DNA of 64,000 bases from Leucoraja erinacea (GCF_028641065.1 NC_073408.1:10478001-10542000); one strand, 5' to 3'; shown: positions 1 through 13,665, numbered from the stretch's first letter. Notes: a model not told the origin generated them from the sequence alone. Numbers and translations: made by a program.

Positions 1-1509
1 TCAGAAAATGGTGGAAACGTCCAAATAATCTGAGAATCTTGTTCTACGTAACAAATGAAGATACTAGTGACCTCAAGGTAGGGGATATTTTTTTATTTAT
101 TCGGACATGGCAAGGACAATAATTTTAGGTAAGTGGAGGGAATGATTATGGTCTCAGTGCTCTTCAAGATAAAATTAAATTGAAGCAAGTAAAATAATTA
201 AATCTTCAGTAAACATTAAAAGCCAGGCATAAATAATCCAGGTACATGTATACGGTGAAATTAAAATGACCAAAGAAAGCTACAAAGGCCATTAACAAAA
301 ACATCCAAAGGACAACAGTAAAAAGACCAAAAACTGGTAAAAAAATAAATATTACCAAAAAGGTGATAGGGATAATAAATGAAGAGACGGAGACAGTTGA
401 AATACTGTGCCTTCATTTTGAGGTAATGGAAATTGTGACTGCAGAATAAATGTCCGACAGACCATCTTAAGAAAAGCAATTGTTCATACAAAAGTCCCAA
501 AGGAAGCTCCAGAACAAAGAGGCAATAATGTTCTAAACATTCTGAAAACAAGATATGTGCCAAAACTGGATAAATGTGGGATATCTTTTCAGAAAAGGAA
601 ACTATAGAAAATTTATACGTGCCAAAATTGGCAACCAACCAGAAGACCCAGGGGACAAAACTACTGGACAAATATTTATTCCGCACGGATTTCTATAAAG
701 GTACGACATGAGCTCAATCAAGATAGACCTCTGAAATAAAACAGGGTCACAGAAAAAAGTTCATGCATTTAATTTGGAATTTTTTACATTTGATAATAAA
801 CCAAATAGCAAATTGAATGGAATATATGGGACCTTGTGAACAAAGGACAATGGCCAGTTGTAAAACTTTCCATAACTGGAAAAGTTCACTTTTCATCATT
901 CTGCAATAGCTTTGTTTATTTTATCTTCCATGTGATTTGGATTTAGGAATTAAGGAAATAGTTTAAGTTTGTTGATAATTTCAAATTAGAAAATGTGGCA
1001 AACTGTGAATGACTTAATGTATGTGTACAAGTCTGATAGGGCTGGACAAATAGATGGTCAGTATAATGAAGCAGCTACAAGAATGGGCAACAGAATTGCA
1101 CGCAGTGATACTATTTGAAATGGAATAACAAAACACAATGACGTTCATTTTGCAAACAGAATGCAAAATTCCCAAACTTGTTGACAGAGTTCCACTGATT
1201 TCTTAACAGTTTTCTGCCTCTGGACATCACATGAAATTTCTCAGCACTGACATAGTGGCGAGGGAATAAACGGCTTTTGGATCTTGCACCAGATCAGATC
1301 CTTTTGGAACAAAATTAGAACGTGCGAGAGTCTAAAGTTTGTTAAGGATTACCACGAGACAAAATTGGGATCAGTTATTTCCACTGATTGGTGAATATTT
1401 TCACAAAACGGGAAAATGTAGACAAAATTATTTCCATGGGCAAGGCAGAAAATGTTTGAGAGTCGGCAGTAAATGGATAAGATACCCAACATTATAACAC
1501 TTGACAAAC

Positions 1510-1630
1510 CTGTATTCACAGTATTCACATCTGAATGGCTTCTCGTCACTATGGCGGAACTTGATATGGTTCCGCAAGGCAGATGGTGCTGGGCAGGTCA
1601 TATCGCAAAATGGGCACTTGTAATAATTCA
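1510..1630 (-). CDS. HINFP: HINFP coding exon 6
   Basis: ttttctag|TG...TACAG|GTTTG; [40 protein letters not shown]. Confidence 0.93.
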
Positions 1631-4600
1631 CTAGAAAATAAAAGCATTCATTCAAATCCAAATTTGAAGGACACACCACTGTTCAGTAACAACTCAGGAG
1701 GCTTGGCCAGTGACTAAAGTAAGATTCATCCAAACCAAAAACATCATTCTAATGACTCTTAGACTTGTGACCAATTTTAGAACGAAAGTTAACACTCTTG
1801 ACTAGTGGAGGCATGTCAAGGAAGAAAGTGCTTAGAATGTTTAAACCTCTAATGAACTGGGCTCCAACATGCAGGGACTGTTGAAGACTTTGGTTATCAA
1901 AATCTTCAATTCACCCCTATTAATTTCAGCAACGAGACTCCGACTAATAGATAAATATGACCAATTCTTAAGGAGTTGGTCTCCTTTCATCGACTTTTTG
2001 GAATCATGTGATGCAGCGGTACCGTAAAGATTGCTGATTTCAGTTCATGCCGCGGATAGATCTACATCTCTGAATAAAGATTTGAAAATTTCTCTTTTAA
2101 GGGGCCTTCTCTATTTCTACTTTCCACTTTTTCTTTTTTTTATATATATATACACACTTCACGTTTTTCTATTCTCTATCATCTATTTTTCCTCTTTCCA
2201 TTGTTTTCTTTTTCTTGTCTTGCTTACTTCCTTTTCAAAACATAAAACTAGAGGTTGTACATAGAATGGATTACGGTATGACATAGTTGGCACCTAAAAT
2301 TAGGTTCCACTGTATTGTTTTGTACTGTATTAACTTCTAATAAAATTAAAAAAAAAAACGAACCTTCTTCCTCTTATGGTGGGAAACCTAAAGATTATAT
2401 CCATGGAGAATGCAGTGGTATGGACTGGAATTTGCAGCTATAATAATGGCAAAACAGCAGCTTCACAATTTTGGAGCATGTGTAATACTCTGTGAAGATC
2501 CTGAAGTTGCTGTCAGCGTTTCAAAACTCTTATCGAACGCATTATTCTAGAGCATTCCCATCATTGGGAAATGTTAAAGTTATTCACAAACTAATCTTTT
2601 CATTAAAATATCCTGAAAGTTATTTTTTGTTGTTTGCTGGTGCGTCCAATTCAATGTTATAATAAGCCACCATTACACCAAAAGAAAAGAAAATCACAGA
2701 ATGCAGTCGCAAAGTTTCAAAAACACATGTTAGGAAATTTGATATTTTAAGGTGTATATTTTAACCTTGTTTCAGCATTTTAGAGCGTTAGCAAAAATAT
2801 GCCTTTTCTTTCCCATTTTAATTAACTTTGATGATGGGCAAAGTTAAAAAGATGTGCGGGGCAAGCTTTTGTAAAATGCAGAGGGTGCCTGGAATGTGTT
2901 GCCAAGGGTGGTGATAGTTACGATACTGGCATTTAAGAGGCTTCAGGATAGGCACATGGACATGCGGAGAATGGAGGCCTATGGATCATGTGCAGGCAGA
3001 TGAGATTAGTTTATCTTGGCATTATGTTCAGGAAAGACATTATGGGATAAAGGGCCTGTTCCCGTCTGTACATTTCGATGTTCTGAGATGACACGATTGC
3101 TGGCATCTGACGTGATGGATGACAGGAGTCAACTACTCCAGAGATCGGTAGAACTACGTGGACAACTTTCTTTGAAAAAAAAAAAGTGGACTCTGTTGAT
3201 CATAAAATCTAGAGTATTAGGGATTTCCAAATAGTCATAGAATCAGTAATACAGCAGAGAAACAGGCCCTTCTGCCCAGCTTGCCCATGCCGACCAAGGC
3301 ATCTACACTAGTCCCACCTGCCTACATTTGGCCCGTATCCCTCTAAACCTTTCCTATCCATGTATCTGTCCAAATATCCTTTAAATGTTATAATTTCTGC
3401 CTCAACTACCCTCTCTCCAAATGGGAGATGATCACCTGGACAAACCCAAATGACGTTGGTGCAAGTAGGAACACCATTTGGTTAAAATAATATTAACAAA
3501 AAGTGGCAAATATTCATACAACAGGATGCCAATTGATAGGGTGAAAAACACCCTGGAACTTGACTTGCCATGATGCCGCATGTGATCCCTGAGTAGCCTT
3601 TCAGTGGCAAATCTTTTAGAGCAGTGGGAGCACTGGAAGCGTTGATCTAGTGAGACAAAATAAAACTCATCACAGGCAATTCTTATAGCAATAGGTTCAG
3701 TATTGTGTAAAAATAGACAGTCACATGCTGCCTTTGTGTATCCGTATCTAGGTCAATGACATCAAATGACATGTGTTATCACAACCCATTTTGAAGTATC
3801 TGGCTTTATATCAAAGTCACACAGTAAATAACTTCTGCCGGATACTGCCTCAAAGGACAACAGATTAACCCACTTTACAAACCATGTAACAACTGCGAAC
3901 TGGGGTTCACTTCCAGAAATATTTTCAATCTTTCCACTGCAGTTGTGCAGTGGTTAGGAGCTAGGCTATGTGCATAATTTCAATGCCCAGACCACGCTTT
4001 GGGTAACCATTTAAAAATATCGTCGTTACAAAAAAAAAAAACTTCTCTTGAAGCGGCCTACAGCGGTGGAGGACAGCACAGCTACAGTGAGCCAGGCCGA
4101 CTCAGCAACACAGCCAGGACAACTTACAGACACATGAAAATTGCGCAAAACTGGCGACTCCGTATACTGCCAGTGTACTACTGTTATACAGTAATATTGT
4201 ATCTGAGATGCTTATCCAAGATGTATTCAAGTGCTTATGTATAGTGATACATGTACTGAGCAGCATGCAAACATGAATTTCACTGTACCTTGGTACATGT
4301 GACATATAAAGAACCATTGATCATCGAACAATCCAAGGACATTTTACTTACATTCCGTGGCTGTCTGCCTGCGGATGTGATCAAAGAATTTGGTGTTGCT
4401 GGCAAACATTCCCCCACAAGTCGGGCATGCCACCACTTTCTCCTGAGTGTGACTTCGCAAATGTTCCCGTAACTTAAACTTTACTTTGAATGTTGCCTCA
4501 CAATCTAAAGGGGAACAAATGGGTAATAAATATCCAAAAAAATAACAGTAATGATAAGATGTGCAGATTAAATAAATAGTGAATGATTTAAGTTAAGTTT

Positions 4601-7600
4601 AGCGAAAACAGGCCCATTGAGTTCATGTCGACCAGCGATCCCCGTACACCAGCATTATCATCGGGACAATTTACAATTCTTACTGAAGCCAATTACTTCA
4701 AACCTGTACGCCTTTGGAATGTGGGAGGAAACCGGAGCTCCCGGAGAAAACCCACGTGGTCACAGGGAGAACATACAAACAGCACTCGTAGTCAGGATCA
4801 CACCTGGGTCTCTGGCGCTGTAAGGTAGCAACTCTACTGCTGTACCACCCTTCTCTTTGTTCAGAGAATCAGTTAAACATATGCATTCAGATCCCAGTCA
4901 ATCCTTTCAATTGCATTGAGATCCCGATATTCTATCTAACCAAAATATATTTATCTGTATTGTTTAATAAATGTCATTATCCTTACCTTTTGTTAGCTAA
5001 CATGGAAACATACCATTGTCCCCTGCAGCCACAGCTCAAATTGAGTTCCCATTATGTAATTATCAATGTGTAGCATTATATGAAACTTGTGCCTTTGCAA
5101 ATTGGAAAACACTCAAGCTTATTCTCCCTTTCCTGATTACTTAGTAAAACTGTCCTAACACAACGAGCTTGCTAGGAATTCATAAATTTCGACTCATAGG
5201 ACAGCTAGGTTTGCTGTGCAAATTATAGTGTGTGAATAAGAACCTGACAACCAATCTAGCTCCATTTAGGGCTCACCTTTCCAACAGCACGGAATTATAA
5301 TATTAGTGTCTGTGGTTGCATCACGATCTGAACACATTCCATGCATGTCCACGTGCCTGTAGAACCATTCTGGATTCTCAAAAGTGCTCTAAAAATGAAA
5401 ACAGCACATCAACAAATGGGAAAGCAAAACGATAAGTGATAAACTGTTAAACACAACATGCAGCCTGTACAGATGTAGGCATGCAGAGGTACATGGGGAA
5501 ATCACACACAGACACAAAATGAGGCTGCACATGCAGCAAAGGAGGCAACTGATCGTACTTGGGAAGTGGCATTTTGCTCCTTCATCCAATATCATTGTCA
5601 GAATAGGACTATATTGTTATGGTCACCGCAGATTAATATAATAAAGCTCAATGCAAGGTTTTCAATGTTTAGTCAGCACAGTGGTACAGCTAATAGAGTT
5701 GCTGCTTCATAGCGTCAGGGATCCCTGACCTCCAGTGTTGTCTTTATGGAGTTTGCATGTCCTCCCTGTGAACACATGAGTTGCCTGCAAAGAGAGACAG
5801 GTCAGCAGGTTCATTAGCCCCTGTAAATGGTTCCTGGTGTGTCGATGTTGGGTAGAATCTCGGCAAAATTGGTGGGAATGTGGGAATAATAAAAACGGGG
5901 AAACAAGGAACTGACAAAAGACACAAAGTGAGTAACTCAGCAGGTCAGGCAGCATCTCTGGAGATGGGTCTTCGTCAATAATAAAATGGGATTTGTGCAA
6001 ACGGGTGGTCGATGGACGGTGCGGATTTGGTGGGCAAAGAGCCTATTTCTATGCTAAAGGTCTCGATGATTCTACCATACGAAGGGCAGAGTTAGAAGGA
6101 CCAAGAAACAAGACTGGGTGTGGAAACAAACTTCCAAGATGATTGAGCAACTCACGTCACAGTGCCCCCAGAGGCAAATAAAACTCTCTGGAATTTCTGG
6201 AATGATATTACGGCTCTGCCGATCCAATAAACAATGTTCGAGTTCAGTCTGAGCCTGGAGAGTCTGCAGACCCCAGTATTTAAGCTTTGTGTGGTAGGCG
6301 TGAAAATATACATGTCGGATCACGTCTGTTGAACTCTCCACCGAGTAGAACCCACAGTCGGCCCACAGGCACTGATGCTCCTCTGAGAAATAAGAGGACA
6401 AACAAAGTGGGTCAATGAGGACGGTTAGTTATTGGACAGAAAATAAATAATGCTGGGAATTCTCAGCAAGTCAGGCAACACCTGTGGAGAATCGCAGAAT
6501 TAACACCTAAAAATGGTCACCTTTCAGGTTTCTAGTAATGAAAGTGTTTTGTATCCCTGTTCCTGCATCGTTTTATCTTCTCTTCCCCTGTCCTCCCTTA
6601 CCTCCTTCTGTTACATCTCCCAGACGGCTCAGTGGTGATTGACAAACCTGCACTAAGCTGGTAACACCACAGGTTTCAGTCAGTCTATTGGTCTGCACCC
6701 CGTCACATGCATTCACGTTGTCCTCTCCAATCATTTCAACTTCTTGCTACACAAAACATTTGTTCCAAATGGTCACAGTTCTAATGAATAGTGATGGACG
6801 CATGTCATACAGCAATGTGTGCAAGAGTAACACCCACTTAATTTTCTAGTTCCATTTCCCTTGTCGGCAAATCATCAATATAAGAGCTGTTGGTTCTTTC
6901 TAGTTAGTTATGGTTGGTGTTAGCTGTAATCGGGGAAGTTAGTATGGAGACGATAACTCACTCTATTAGACAAAGGAGTGATAACTGGGCTGGGATAAAG
7001 TTACAGCATGGAAACAGGCCCATCAGTCCAACTTGCATGTACTGATATAGATCCCACATCTACACTAGTCTCACTTGCCCGCATTTGGCCCAAATCTCTC
7101 TAAACTTTCCTATCCATGTACCCGTCCATGTGCCTTTCAAATGTTGTTATAATACCCTACTTCAACTACCACCCATAGCATATTGTTCCATATACCCACC
7201 ACCCTCTGTGAGAAAAAGGTTTTCCCTCAGATCCTCATTTAATCTTTCCCCTCTCACTTTGAACACATGTGGGACAGGCAGCATCTCTGGAGAGAGGAAT
7301 GGGTGACCTTTTCGGTCGAGACCCTTCTTCACTGGCTTGATTCCCCTACTTTGGGTGAAAGCCTCCATTGACCCCATCTATTCCCCTCATGATCTTATAC
7401 ACCTCTTTAAGATCACCCCTCATCCTCCTGCGGTCCAAGGAATAAAGTCCTTGCCTGCTCAACCTCTCCCCAAGGCTCAGGCCCTCAAGTACCTGCAACA
7501 TACATGCAAATATTCTCTGCACTCTATCTCTCCAGAGATGGTGCCTAATTTGCTATGTAATAAAAAAGCAGTAAATAGAGTATTTAATTTTTGTCACAAA

Positions 7601-8257
7601 AACAAATGGTTCTCCTATTTTACATCCCATTTGCAGAATCAAAATTTCAAACTGAGCAATATACTTTCAAAAATCTGTGTGTGTTAATCTGGGCATGCTC
7701 CTAAAAACAAAGGTTAAAAGATCAAATTAGTATCACAGGGTAGACATTAATTATTTTCGAGTTTATCAGAACACAGTAGAAATCTTGAAGACCGCTAATC
7801 ATTCCTGCCTCACAAGCAGAATATAAGGGAGAGAGACACACAAAGTGCTGGAGTAACTCAGTGGGTCAGGCAGCATCTCTGGAGAAAAAGGATAGATGAC
7901 GTTTCGGGTCGGAGACCCTTCTTCAGAAAAATGGGTAACTAAATGGCCCATTGAGTTCTATCTGCAAGAGTTATTCAAATCCAGGCAATACTACCATTGG
8001 CTATCATTAAATGATGCCATTTCTGGTGAAATATACTGTTTTTTTTCTCTTCCACTCAAAGGTTGCTACCACCAGATCAACCCACCTTGTGGCTCATTAT
8101 CACTCTCGTCTCCTTGGATTTGCTCCTTTAAATGCTCCTTCAAATGCCCCGCGATGTGATTGCTGAAATCTTCCATTCCAGATGCAGTAAATCCACACGA
8201 CCCCCATTCACACAAAAGCACCAGAGAATCATATTTCATATTCTTTCCAGCTGCCAT
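1510..8257 (-). CDS. HINFP: Histone H4 transcription factor HINFP (C2H2 zinc finger), 5' six coding exons; gene continues past base 1
   Basis: Exons 8086-8257, 6156-6382, 5277-5388, 4352-4504, 3569-3646 and 1510-1630 splice in phase. Peptides [75 protein letters not shown] and [19 protein letters not shown] closely match vertebrate HINFP as recalled. Confidence 0.96.
1935..2358 (+). mobile_element. 5'-truncated L1/Tx1-like LINE 3' end
   Basis: Encodes ...[17 protein letters not shown] (resembles the F..W.PF..FL end of fish L1 ORF2), then a T-rich UTR, AATAAA and an A-tail. Confidence 0.55.
3569..3646 (-). CDS. HINFP: HINFP coding exon 5 (GC donor)
   Basis: cactag|AT...CATG|GCAAGT; [25 protein letters not shown]. 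Confidence 0.9.
4352..4504 (-). CDS. HINFP: HINFP coding exon 4
   Basis: ctttag|AT...GAAT|GTAAG; [47 protein letters not shown]. Confidence 0.93.
5277..5388 (-). CDS. HINFP: HINFP coding exon 3
   Basis: ttttag|AGC...AAAG|GTGAG; [16 protein letters not shown]...CCWK. Confidence 0.93.
6156..6382 (-). CDS. HINFP: HINFP coding exon 2
   Basis: tttctcag|AG...GAC|GTGAG; [12 protein letters not shown]...LWGHCD. Confidence 0.93.
8086..8257 (-). CDS. HINFP: HINFP first coding exon
   Basis: ATG at 8257 (acceptor TAG| just upstream, exon starts 8267); [23 protein letters not shown]...; donor G|GTGGG. Confidence 0.9.
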
Positions 8258-8990
8258 GATGTCACACCTAGTTAAATAAGAATACAATTTATGTTAATAG
8301 TTTTCAGACTACTTCACCAGTGTGCATAAAACTACATTTAGTGCATTAACTAATCAAATGTTTAATTATTGGTTCATGATCACAGGCCATAGGCAGCTTC
8401 AAAGACACTATAATTGTCATCATTCACAATTTCAAATAGACAGAGTTCTCTGTCCAGGCATTTACATTTTAATGCACTAAGATACATGAGCAGACTTTGG
8501 AAGCTTTAAAAGTTTTAACTGCCTTTCTAGGATCTAATACTTTTCCAAATCTGCATCTGCATTTCACTCTAGATATTCCTCTTGTGGCTTTGGCGATCAG
8601 AGTCATAGGGTCATGCAGCACGGGAACAGACTAACCCTAACAAACTAAGTCCAACTAACCCTTGTTGTCCAAGGTGATAATCTATGATAGTCCCATTTCC
8701 CTGAATTTGGCCCATATCCTTCTAAACGTTAAAGAGACCTTAAACCCTACAGAGGCTGCATACGATCATGCAGAAATGAGGAACTGTAGATGCTGGCTTA
8801 TATTTAAAAGAAAGACAAAGTGTTGGAGTAACTCAGCATCTCTGGAGAACATGGATAGGTGACATTTCAGGTCAGGACCCTTCCTCCCAATCCGAAGCAT
8901 CACCCATCCACACTGTCCAGTAATGCAGCCTGACTTGCCAAGTTATTCCAGCACTGTGTGTTTTTATCCATTCACCTGATGATCACTTAA

Positions 8991-9297
8991 GGGCCTGTCC
9001 CACTGTACGAGCTAATTCAAGAGTTTGCCCGCGTTTCCCCTGATTCGAACTCGGAGAATTACGGTAATAGCCGCTCGTAGGTACTCAGGGCTCTTGTGGA
9101 CATTTTTCAATGTTGAAAAACGAGTCTTCACGAGCTTCCCACGTTTCCAGAGTACCTGCCGTTAGCATTACAAGCCGCTAAGAGACGTCCCGTGCTCCGA
9201 CGTACCCGCTACATACATTCTACGTGCTTACCACGAGTTTGATTTTGTTTTAAACTCGGGAGAGCTCTTGAATTAACTCGTACAGTGGGACAGCCCC
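8991..9297. mobile_element. MITE, PIF/Harbinger-like
   Basis: ~35-bp imperfect TIR GGGCCTGTCCCACTGTACGAGCTAATTCAAGAG / CTCTTGAATTAACTCGTACAGTGGGACAGCCCC; TAA on the left flank. The superfamily call is an inference. Confidence 0.8.
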
Positions 9298-9999
9298 TTC
9301 AAGGTATCAGTATTGCAAGCGTTTTAAGATGTTAAATTGAATTGTCTGTATACCAGCTTTGTGATGTTGGTCACACTGTTTATGTAACTTCTTTATTAAG
9401 GAAAACTGGTGAAACTGTGAAAAATATTTACCCCGTCTTCCGTTTTGCCATTTTGTTCTGCTCAAATCACATCCTACATCCAGGCAAATCTTTTTTCGTT
9501 GATTGTTTGCATTTTCAGGCACGTAGATGCACAATATACCAGTATGCATAAAACTACATTGACTTTGTCTTGGTTGCCAGTTACAATCCACTCAGAAATC
9601 CAGGAAGTTGTTAATTTACTTCAAGTGATGTTGTCGCACAGGGCTACCCAAGTTTCCGATGATAGATGTGGAGGTTAGAAAACTTCCTAAAAAAAAAAAA
9701 GAAAAATTAGTGGCATTTTTGGTTGAATGCATCGTGCACCATCATACCAATTTGCTTGAGATTTGAACTCCCTTGTATGTTGAGCATCAGAGACTCACTT
9801 CATATCGTATATCAATAAAATTTAGAATTACATTCACTGAAATCGTTCAGGTTATTGCAGCCCCTGTAAACATTAAATGCAGATTTCTTTCAGATAGTAG
9901 AGAAATCAAATCAATTCACACTGCCTACTGTTGCTCACTACGAAATTGAAGTTTACTGCGGGTTTACAACATAGCACCAACTAAAGCTTTTAACAACAC

Positions 10000-10540
10000 T
10001 CTCCCTTCCCCACCAGGCTCTCACCTCACCCTCTGCTTCCTTTCCTGTATCTCGCCTTCCTTCCATCCTCCTCTCCCTCACTACCCTCCCACCACTTCAT
10101 CTCCTTCCCTCCCACGCCCTTACCCTCCCTCATTCCCTCCCTCCACCATACTCTCCAGAAACCGTCGGCCCCACTCTTCCCCCTTTCCTATTCCCATCCT
10201 CTCCCTTCTCAAATTCCCCCCTTCCACCTCTCCATTCCTCCCTCACCTACCCTCTTTCCCACCTTCCCTCTCCCACCTTCCTTCTCTCCTCACTCCCACC
10301 TTCCCTCTCCCTCTCTCCCACCTTCCCTCTCTCTCTCTCCTCACTCCCACCTTCCCTCTACCTCTCTCCCACCTTCCCTCTCTTCCTCTCCTCACTCCCA
10401 CCTTCCCTCTCCCACTACTATCTTCCTTCCCCCTCTCTCTCTCCCTCACTCCCACCTTCCCTCTACCTCTCTCCCACCTTCTCTCCCTCGCCCTCTCTCT
10501 CTCCCTCTCCCTCTCTCCCACCTTCTCTTCATCCTCCAGT
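10000..10540. repeat. Polypyrimidine/polypurine minisatellite (CTCACTCCCACCTTCCCTCT-type units)
   Basis: C/T-dominated with very few G on the + strand; recurring units at ~10260-10520. Confidence 0.9.
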
Positions 10541-10544
10541 TTGA

Positions 10545-10925
10545 GCCTGGAGTCGGCACCGGAAGTGCACTGGCTGGCGGCGGCGGGCCACTTCCGGCGG
10601 GTGGACCAGTGTCGGGGCGGGGGGCGGCGGCGCAGGGTCCGGGTCCGGGTCCGGGTCCGGGCTGAGGCCGGCGGTTCAGTGACGAGGCCCCGTCACGACA
10701 TCACTCCCGCCCGCCCGCGGCCTCAGCGACTCCCGGGAACCGCCGGGCCGGAGCCGCCGCCGCCGATTGGTGCAACTGAACCAAACTCCCAGCCAATGGG
10801 AGGTCGCGGCTGGGACAAAAGCGTCCAATCAGCGGCTGTCCCGCCGGTCCGACCTCAACAGAGTCCGGACGGAATCATCAGACGCGAGGCTGCGGCGAAA
10901 GGTTCCGCCGCCGGGCAGGTGCAGG
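10545..10925 (-). promoter_or_regulatory. CpG-island promoter / probable non-coding first exon region of HINFP
   Basis: CpG-dense block ~2.3 kb upstream of the ATG exon. Contains paired ETS sites CCGGAAGTG (10559-10567) and CACTTCCGG (10589-10597), a GC box near 10616, CCAAT/ATTGG boxes at 10766, 10793 and 10825, and (GGGTCC)4 at 10635-10658. Confidence 0.8.
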
Positions 10926-13467
10926 CTATTCAGCCCCACAAATACATACCAGTCTTCATGTACAACACCAGCTCCTCCTACTGGTCTTCATCGACCACAG
11001 CAGCATAACTTGTTCCTAAGTATTTAACATATATAGCAGGAGTTGACAATTTGATCCTATACATACACAAAATGTTGGAGTAACACAGCGGGTCCGGCAG
11101 CATCCCTGGAGAAAAGGAGCAGGTGATGTTTTGGGTCGAAACCCTTTTTCAGACTGAGAGACTCCTCCTGCCCTGATCTGCCATTCATCAAGATCATGGT
11201 TGATCCTCTACATTAGCACATTTTTCCACACTACTGAATCATCCCTAAATCTACAGACATCATCTAATATATATTTTTTGATTAACTTAATGACTTCACC
11301 TCCACAACCCTCTGAGATAGTTCCAAAGATTTACCATCAATATTAAGAATTGATCGGGCTTACCCAAAATGTCAACCATTCCTTTGCGCATATAGATGCT
11401 GCACAATTGCTGAGTTCCTCCAGCAGTTGTTTTGTTCTAGATCTCAGTATCTGCAGTCTCTTAAAAAAAATACCTTCCCAGTCCAAAATGGCCCTCATTA
11501 TTATAAATGCAACCATGGTTCTAGATCCCTCAGCTGTGATAAATATCTTCCCTGCATTCAGCCTGTCAACCCTTATAGGATTTTTTTCCGGTTTCAGTAA
11601 GAATATTTCTGGAGAATATAGACCCACTCTTGCCTTGTATGACAAAGCCACTATCCCTGAAACCAGTTGAGGGAATGGTCCATTGCCTCTTTACTGCTTT
11701 TGAAGATCTCCTCTGCAGTAATTTATGAAATTACTGGGGCTCTGGAGATGCTGGTGGTTTCACCAGTTGAGTGCAGATAGAAACATTCTTCCCCATCACT
11801 CCAATCTCTCACCCAGACACAACCACTGCTGTCCATATGCCATATTCAGCAGAAGGGCCTCGTGCCAAAACATCACCCATTCCTTCTCTCTAGAGATGCT
11901 GAGTTACTCCAGCTTTTTGAGTCTACAATATCCATCTTGATAGGTTGATGTTGTCTCTGCTCAATAACTTCTCTGAGGAATACCATCACTGATAATGAAA
12001 GTATCCTTCTATTCCTAAGCTATGTCTTCAGGTCTGTTGTAGAATTAAAGATGTTGACCAGAGATGCTGCTGGGTTTAGTGGCTGAGGCAGACATGACAA
12101 TGGCATTTAAGAGACTTTTGGATAGGCACATGGATATGCAGGGAATGGAGGGATATGGATTATGTGCAGATAAATAAGAGATGGCATTGTGTTTGGCAAG
12201 ATACTTTGTAGGCCAAAGGGCTTGTTCTTGGGCCATACTATTCTATGGTATCTATCACATCAGAGCCAATAGTACTATCAAGCTGCAGATTACACATCAG
12301 AATGTGTTTAAGCAGTTTATTGTCATGTCTACTATAAAAAGAAGACTGTCTGCATTGTTACACTTCCAATGGCCATTTGATTTTACCCTCCTGGCTGTAA
12401 CAAGATAATTTTCTTTCTGCCAGTAGGAGTCCTACTAGTGTAAAAACGTCAGAAGTCGAGAGATGTTTGTTCTGTCTAATCTATTATAAAACACCATTTA
12501 ACCATTACTTAGCTGAAATTTCACTTGCAGTGCTCATTGAAGACGACAACAAACTGCTCCTGCAATACCACCCAAATGGGATTGCAGTTTTGCAATTCTA
12601 TGATTTGTTGCAATATTAGTACTTCATTCAAAGAGTTTAAACAACCAAATGCAGAGAAATAGTCGTAGAGCTATGCAGCACAGAGACAGACCCTTTGGCC
12701 CAACTCATCCATGCTGACAAAGTTAACTAACCAAGCTAGTCCCACTTGCCTGCACCTGACTCATATCTCTCCAAAACATTCTTATCCATGTACCTGTTCA
12801 AGTGTCTTTTAAGTGTTGTAATTGTTCCTGCCTCAACCACTTTCTCTGTCAACTTGTTCCATATATGCACAGCTCATTGTGTGATAAAGGTGTCCCTCAG
12901 GTCCCTTATAAATCTTTCTCCTATGAACTTAACAGACATGGCCGTCAGTTTTAAACTCCCCTGCGTTGAGGGAAAGACTGGATATTTACCTTATTTATGC
13001 CCTCTCATGGTTTAATAACCCTCTATCCCTCAGACTCCAACATTCCAGGGAAAAAAGACCCAGCCTATCCTTTTAACTTAAACCTTCCAAACTCTGTAAC
13101 AAATCTTGCATATCTTTTTGTACCCTTTCCAGTTTAACAATATCCTTCCTACAGCAGGGGCAACCAAAACTGTACATGGTACTTCAAATGTGGCTTTAGC
13201 AATATCTTGTACAGCTGTAACATGACATTCCAACCTCCGCACTAAATGTACCCTGACGATTAAGGCAAACATGCCAAACACTCTCTTCATCATTCCTGCA
13301 ATCCAAGTCAAGTGTGCCGCTTTGTCCTTGATAGTGCTGAGCTTCTGGAATGTTGCTGGAGTTGCTTATCCCTTGCATGGTGAGTAGACAGTGAGGTGTC
13401 AGAAGGAGAGTCACTCACCAACTGATAATCTCTGACCTGCCCTGGTAGACACATTATTTATGACGCT

Positions 13468-13665
13468 TAGACACAAAATGCTGGAGTAGCGGGCCAGGCA
13501 GCATCTCTGGAGAAAAGGAATAGGCGACGTTTCGGGTCGGAACCCTTCTTCAGACCCGAAATGTCGCCTATTGCTTTTCTCCAGCGATGCTGCCTGACCC
13601 GCTGAATTGCTCCAGCATTTTGTGTCTATATTTGGTATAACCCAGCATCTGCAATTCCTTCCTAC
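13468..13665. mobile_element. Penelope-like terminal repeat in inverted (fold-back) arrangement
   Basis: TAGACACAAAATGCTGGAG...GGCGACGTTTCGGGTC is mirrored by GACCCGAAATGTCGCC...CTCCAGCATTTTGTGTCTA. Confidence 0.7.

Noticed and set aside
261-686. 141-aa hydrophobic minus-strand ORF and an acceptor-like site near 730
   Set aside because: T-rich compositional artefact; it does not match the expected next HINFP exon (CKNL.DL..H), and splicing to the site near 730 gives an immediate stop.
10243-11027. ORFs of 92, 155 and 86 aa over the repeat and CpG island
   Set aside because: Low-complexity or GC-rich stop-poor sequence; not histone H2AX or any protein I recognise.
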